Shown piece by piece: positions 60,870-64,000 of a stretch of 64,000 nucleotides of DNA. Every line of letters begins with the position of its first letter. Position 1 is the first letter of the stretch. A program made the position numbers and the translations under genes. Where the stretch lies: the NCBI GenBank assembly GCA_009103225.1, contig RHPI01002630.1, positions 19,285 to 83,284 on the forward strand, written 5' to 3'. The DNA comes from Chlorokybus atmophyticus (taxonomy: Eukaryota > Plantae > Mesostigma and Chlorokybus algae). The notes under the pieces were generated by a model. It was given only the letters and a program-made list of their open reading frames with translations, ran no database searches and was not told where the DNA came from.

Positions 60870-61217
60870 ATGGTGGCCAACCAAGGCAAGCACGTTACCA
60901 TCAACGGCCTGGCACCCAAGCGAGTAATGTTGGACACGGGAGCACAGCCTGTCATCATCGGGCGCTTCCTCGCGCGGTCCCTCGGCATAACCAGCTCCGA
61001 CTTGGTGCCTTGCCCGTACGTGTTGGACACTGCCACAGGTAGCCGAGATAAGGTGATGGGAGTCACCAGGGAGGCCTTTTGCATTCGGTTGACAGGGCTG
61101 GACCCAACCCACATGACCGAGATCGTCCAGCAATGTGTAATCACCAATGCCGGCTCCTTCGACTTTCTGCTTGGGCAGGACTTCAACTTCCCTGTGGGCA
61201 TGGGCCTCGACTGCTAG
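60870..61217 (+). pseudogene. pol: Ty3/gypsy aspartic protease
   Basis: VMLDTGAQPVIIG...FDFLLGQDF. Confidence 0.9.
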
Positions 61218-61664
61218 ACAGAGCGAGCATGGTTTCGGCCACATTGGGATGAGGATAACGGAGAGGTGCAGGGTTTCCTGCCTCTCGAGTTGGTCTCGTG
61301 CACGCGCGCTCAACGCAAAATGGCTGCCATGGCCACCCGCAACCACGCCCGCACCCGGACGGCTGCAATGGTCACATACGACGGCGCTCGGACGCAAGTC
61401 GCTGCTGGTGCCACAACCCCGTGTCAAACCGTTGACTCCTCTCCCACCCCGTACAACGAGGAGCAGGAGGATGCCACCGTGGAAGCAGCATTACAAGACC
61501 CAGCTGAACGGCGCTGGCGCGCACAGGTGGGTGCGCACGTCTTGCTCAGCCATCCACTGATCACCACGCGCTTCCCCAACTACCGAAGCCACATCAAGGT
61601 GCAGGACCACCATATAGTGGCCACCGGAGTGGTGGAGTTCCACACCATTCGCAAGCAACAAGGC

Positions 61665-62625
61665 ATCACAGTGTTGGAGCTGTTTGGAGGCATTGGTAGC
61701 GGTATTGCTGCGGTCCTCAACACGGGCGTGAAGGTTGTCAAATACTATTACTGCGACTCAGACCCACGCGCGCAAACGGTCCTCAAGCACCACTTACGCC
61801 AGCTGCACGCCAGGTATCCACGTCAACTACCCCTCTCGGCGCTGCAAGGCAGCCTCAAAGCATTGCCATAGGACATCCGGCTGATCACTTAAGATCACCT
61901 ACTGTCCCTCGGCAACGTCGACCTGTTAATAGCTGGATGGGAATGTCAAGGGCACTCCAGGGCAGGCAAGGGGCAAGGCCTCGAAAACCCTCGCTCCGGG
62001 CTGTTCTGGGAGCTGATGAGAATCATCCACCTCCTTCAACACCACCAGATCTCCAGACCCCTGGGGTACGTCATCGAAAATGTGCATTCAGAGGACGACA
62101 AGCGTCCGCACGTGGCCTCCAGCTACCGACAAGTTTGCTCCATTCTGGGGCACCCACTCAAGGTAAACGCGGCACGACATGGCTCGCGCGCACATTGTGT
62201 ACGTGCTAAATGGACAAACTTGGCCACCGTGGAGGAACTCATGACCGCCGAATATACACGCAGCGCTCGGCCGCGCAACCTGCTGGTCGATGACATCCTT
62301 GACCCCGGCCGGACAGCACAACCTGTCCTGCGTCATGACCACAACCACTTCTACCCGTGCAATCAGCCCGGTCAGCCCCGTCGCGCACTCCCCACATTGG
62401 TGTCCTACCCGGGCTCCTACGCATTTCGGAACGGTGGTGACGGAATGGTGTTCGATGCGACCACCAACAGGATGAAAGAACCCAACGCACGCGAACGTGA
62501 ACGCGCCATGGGATTCTTCCCCAACAGCATCACGGGCTCATCGCTGACAGATAGTCAGCACTGCCTGCTGCTTGGTTGCGCCATGGACCAAAACAGCATG
62601 GTATGGTTGCTGGAGCTGAGCTTCG
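61665..62625 (+). pseudogene. C5 cytosine DNA methyltransferase domain embedded in gypsy pol between protease and RT
   Basis: ITVLELFGGIGSG (I), YYYCDSD (II), VDLLIAGWECQGHSRAG (IV, Cys at 61944), RSGLFWE (V), YVIENV (VI), AHCVRAKWTNL (VIII), ERERAMGF...LGCAMD (IX-X); same frame as protease and RT; stops at 61869 and 61890. Confidence 0.92.
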
Positions 62626-62789
62626 CATTGCAGGACCGCCACGTGTCCTTCGAGGATCTCGAACACTTGGCTGGGGGGTGGGCTGATCGCGTAGCCGACA
62701 CCAAGGCAGCTCACACAGCCTTCGAGGTGATCCACATGGAGGAGCAAGCAGCAGTGACAGTGGAGGACATTCCTGTGGTTGCCAATGCA

Positions 62790-63887
62790 ACCTCCTGGGA
62801 CCATGCCATTGGCCCGTTGGCCACAGAAGACACTCGAGAGAAGCTGGAGGCTCTCCTCAACAAATGGAGGAGCCAATTCAGCTTCAATGTGAAGAAATTG
62901 GGTACATGCTCAGTGTACCAGATGGACATCGAGCTGGTGGACACTGAGCCGGTGTTCCGACGACAATACAGGCTCTCCAAGTTGGAAGAAGACTTGGTGG
63001 AACAGAGATGTAAGGCGCTGCTGGATGCAGGCTTTATCGAAGAGTCCACATCGGACTTCGCAGCAGCAACCGTGTTGAGGATATTCTTGTATCCGGTCAG
63101 CTTGCCCTGTGGATAAGAATAGCCGCGAGAAGATTCAGGCGCGAGAAGGTTCCAGTCGAGAAAGGTCCAGGCGAGGACTTCAGTCGAGAAGGTTTCAGGC
63201 GCGGAGTCGAGTCCGGAGTCTGGAGACTTCCAGGCGCTGTAGAAGAAACGTTGTAGCTCGGTGGTTATGTCATTGTATAGCGCGTGTCATAGCTTGTTGG
63301 AAAGCTCTTAAAAGTAGCTACGTGGTGCAACTTAGAGCGCAGGAATCGGTTGAGTGTAGAAGTTGTGGTGGCTTCTAGAGTAGACAGGTGCAGAACTGTC
63401 GGGTGTAAAAGCCCGCGGTATGACTTTGTTGTAATCCTTAGAAAGCCTTTTGGATCAGCCTTGTGTGTATGCTCTGGTAGAGTGTGTGTACTTGTGCTTG
63501 CACCAACTCCATGCATGGTCAGTAGTGTCCGAATCTCAACAAACCGTCATGCCACTGAAGAAGGATTCGGCGGGTAACTGGACAGAGCGATGCATGTGTG
63601 GCGACTATCGCCCCCTCAACAACAAGACCAAGCAAGACCGGTACCCCATGCCCACAGCAGAGGGTATTTTTGATGATGTGGGAGACTGCACAGTCTTCAG
63701 CATCCTGGACATGCGTCAGGGGTACAACCAAATTTGCCGTCAAGGACGAGGACAAGCACAAGACCTCCTTCTGGGGCAACCGACAGTTGTACCAATAGAA
63801 GGTAATGCCGTTCGGGCTGAAAAATGCCCCCGCCAAGTTTCAACGCGTTATGGACAAAGCCTTGAAGGGGCTGGACTGCGCGCGGTG
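62790..63887 (+). pseudogene. pol: Ty3/gypsy reverse transcriptase N-terminal half, split by solo LTR F and cut by an A LTR
   Basis: PVFRRQYRLS...LLDAGFIEES.S.FAAATV|MPLKKD...MCGDYRPLN...YPMP...FSILDMRQGYNQI, KTSFWG..LYQ*KVMPFGLKNAPAKFQRVMD. Confidence 0.93.
63073..63541. mobile_element. Solo copia LTR (F, related to D and E) inserted in the gypsy RT
   Basis: TGTTGAGG...CTCAACA, TSD AACCG at 63068-63072 and 63542-63546; removal restores AATV-MPLKK. Confidence 0.92.
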
Positions 63888-64000
63888 TGTTGAAGGACTA
63901 GCATGCACATGTAGCGAGGCAAGCATGGATGCACAGAGACAGAGCTACCGCCACCAGAGCATACACAAGTCACATCACATTCATCTATTACAAGTTGTCC
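63888..64000 (-). repeat. Family-A copia LTR, truncated by the window end, inserted in the gypsy RT
   Basis: TGTTGAAGGACTAGCATGCACATGTAG matches 45238 and 9952. Confidence 0.93.

Noticed and set aside
46499-63887. DIRS or tyrosine-recombinase element as the DNMT carrier
   Set aside because: An aspartic protease and Ty3-type RT motifs are present, and no recombinase is seen in the window.

Overview
Eukaryotic, intron-containing and about 50-55% GC by eye; this looks like a green algal or early-streptophyte genome (inference). The window is almost entirely a nest of transposable elements, with no rRNA, tRNA or CRISPR seen. Ty1/copia families are present as full, nested, split and solo LTRs, several with verifiable 5-bp TSDs. 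Also present are a chromovirus 3' fragment, a degenerate CACTA Tnp2 transposase, the C-terminus of a probable Academ transposase, and a 10.3-kb internally deleted CACTA-like element carrying two divergent spliced cargo genes (SAM/BEN-like/Ulp1-like, and BED-like finger plus coiled coil). There are two unrelated C5 cytosine methyltransferases. (1) A phage-like short MTase is joined through a GT-AG intron to a Tudor/Agenet-like domain (7629-8785, minus). It lies downstream of a decayed di-ubiquitin and, once a copia insertion is removed, is contiguous with the Academ transposase end. (2) A DNMT domain sits in frame between protease and RT in a Ty3/gypsy pol (61665-62625). A 9.4-kb near-identical duplication (20230-29659 vs 30038-39475) straddles a 378-N gap and is probably an assembly artefact. 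All family assignments come from motif recognition by eye; no database searches were run.
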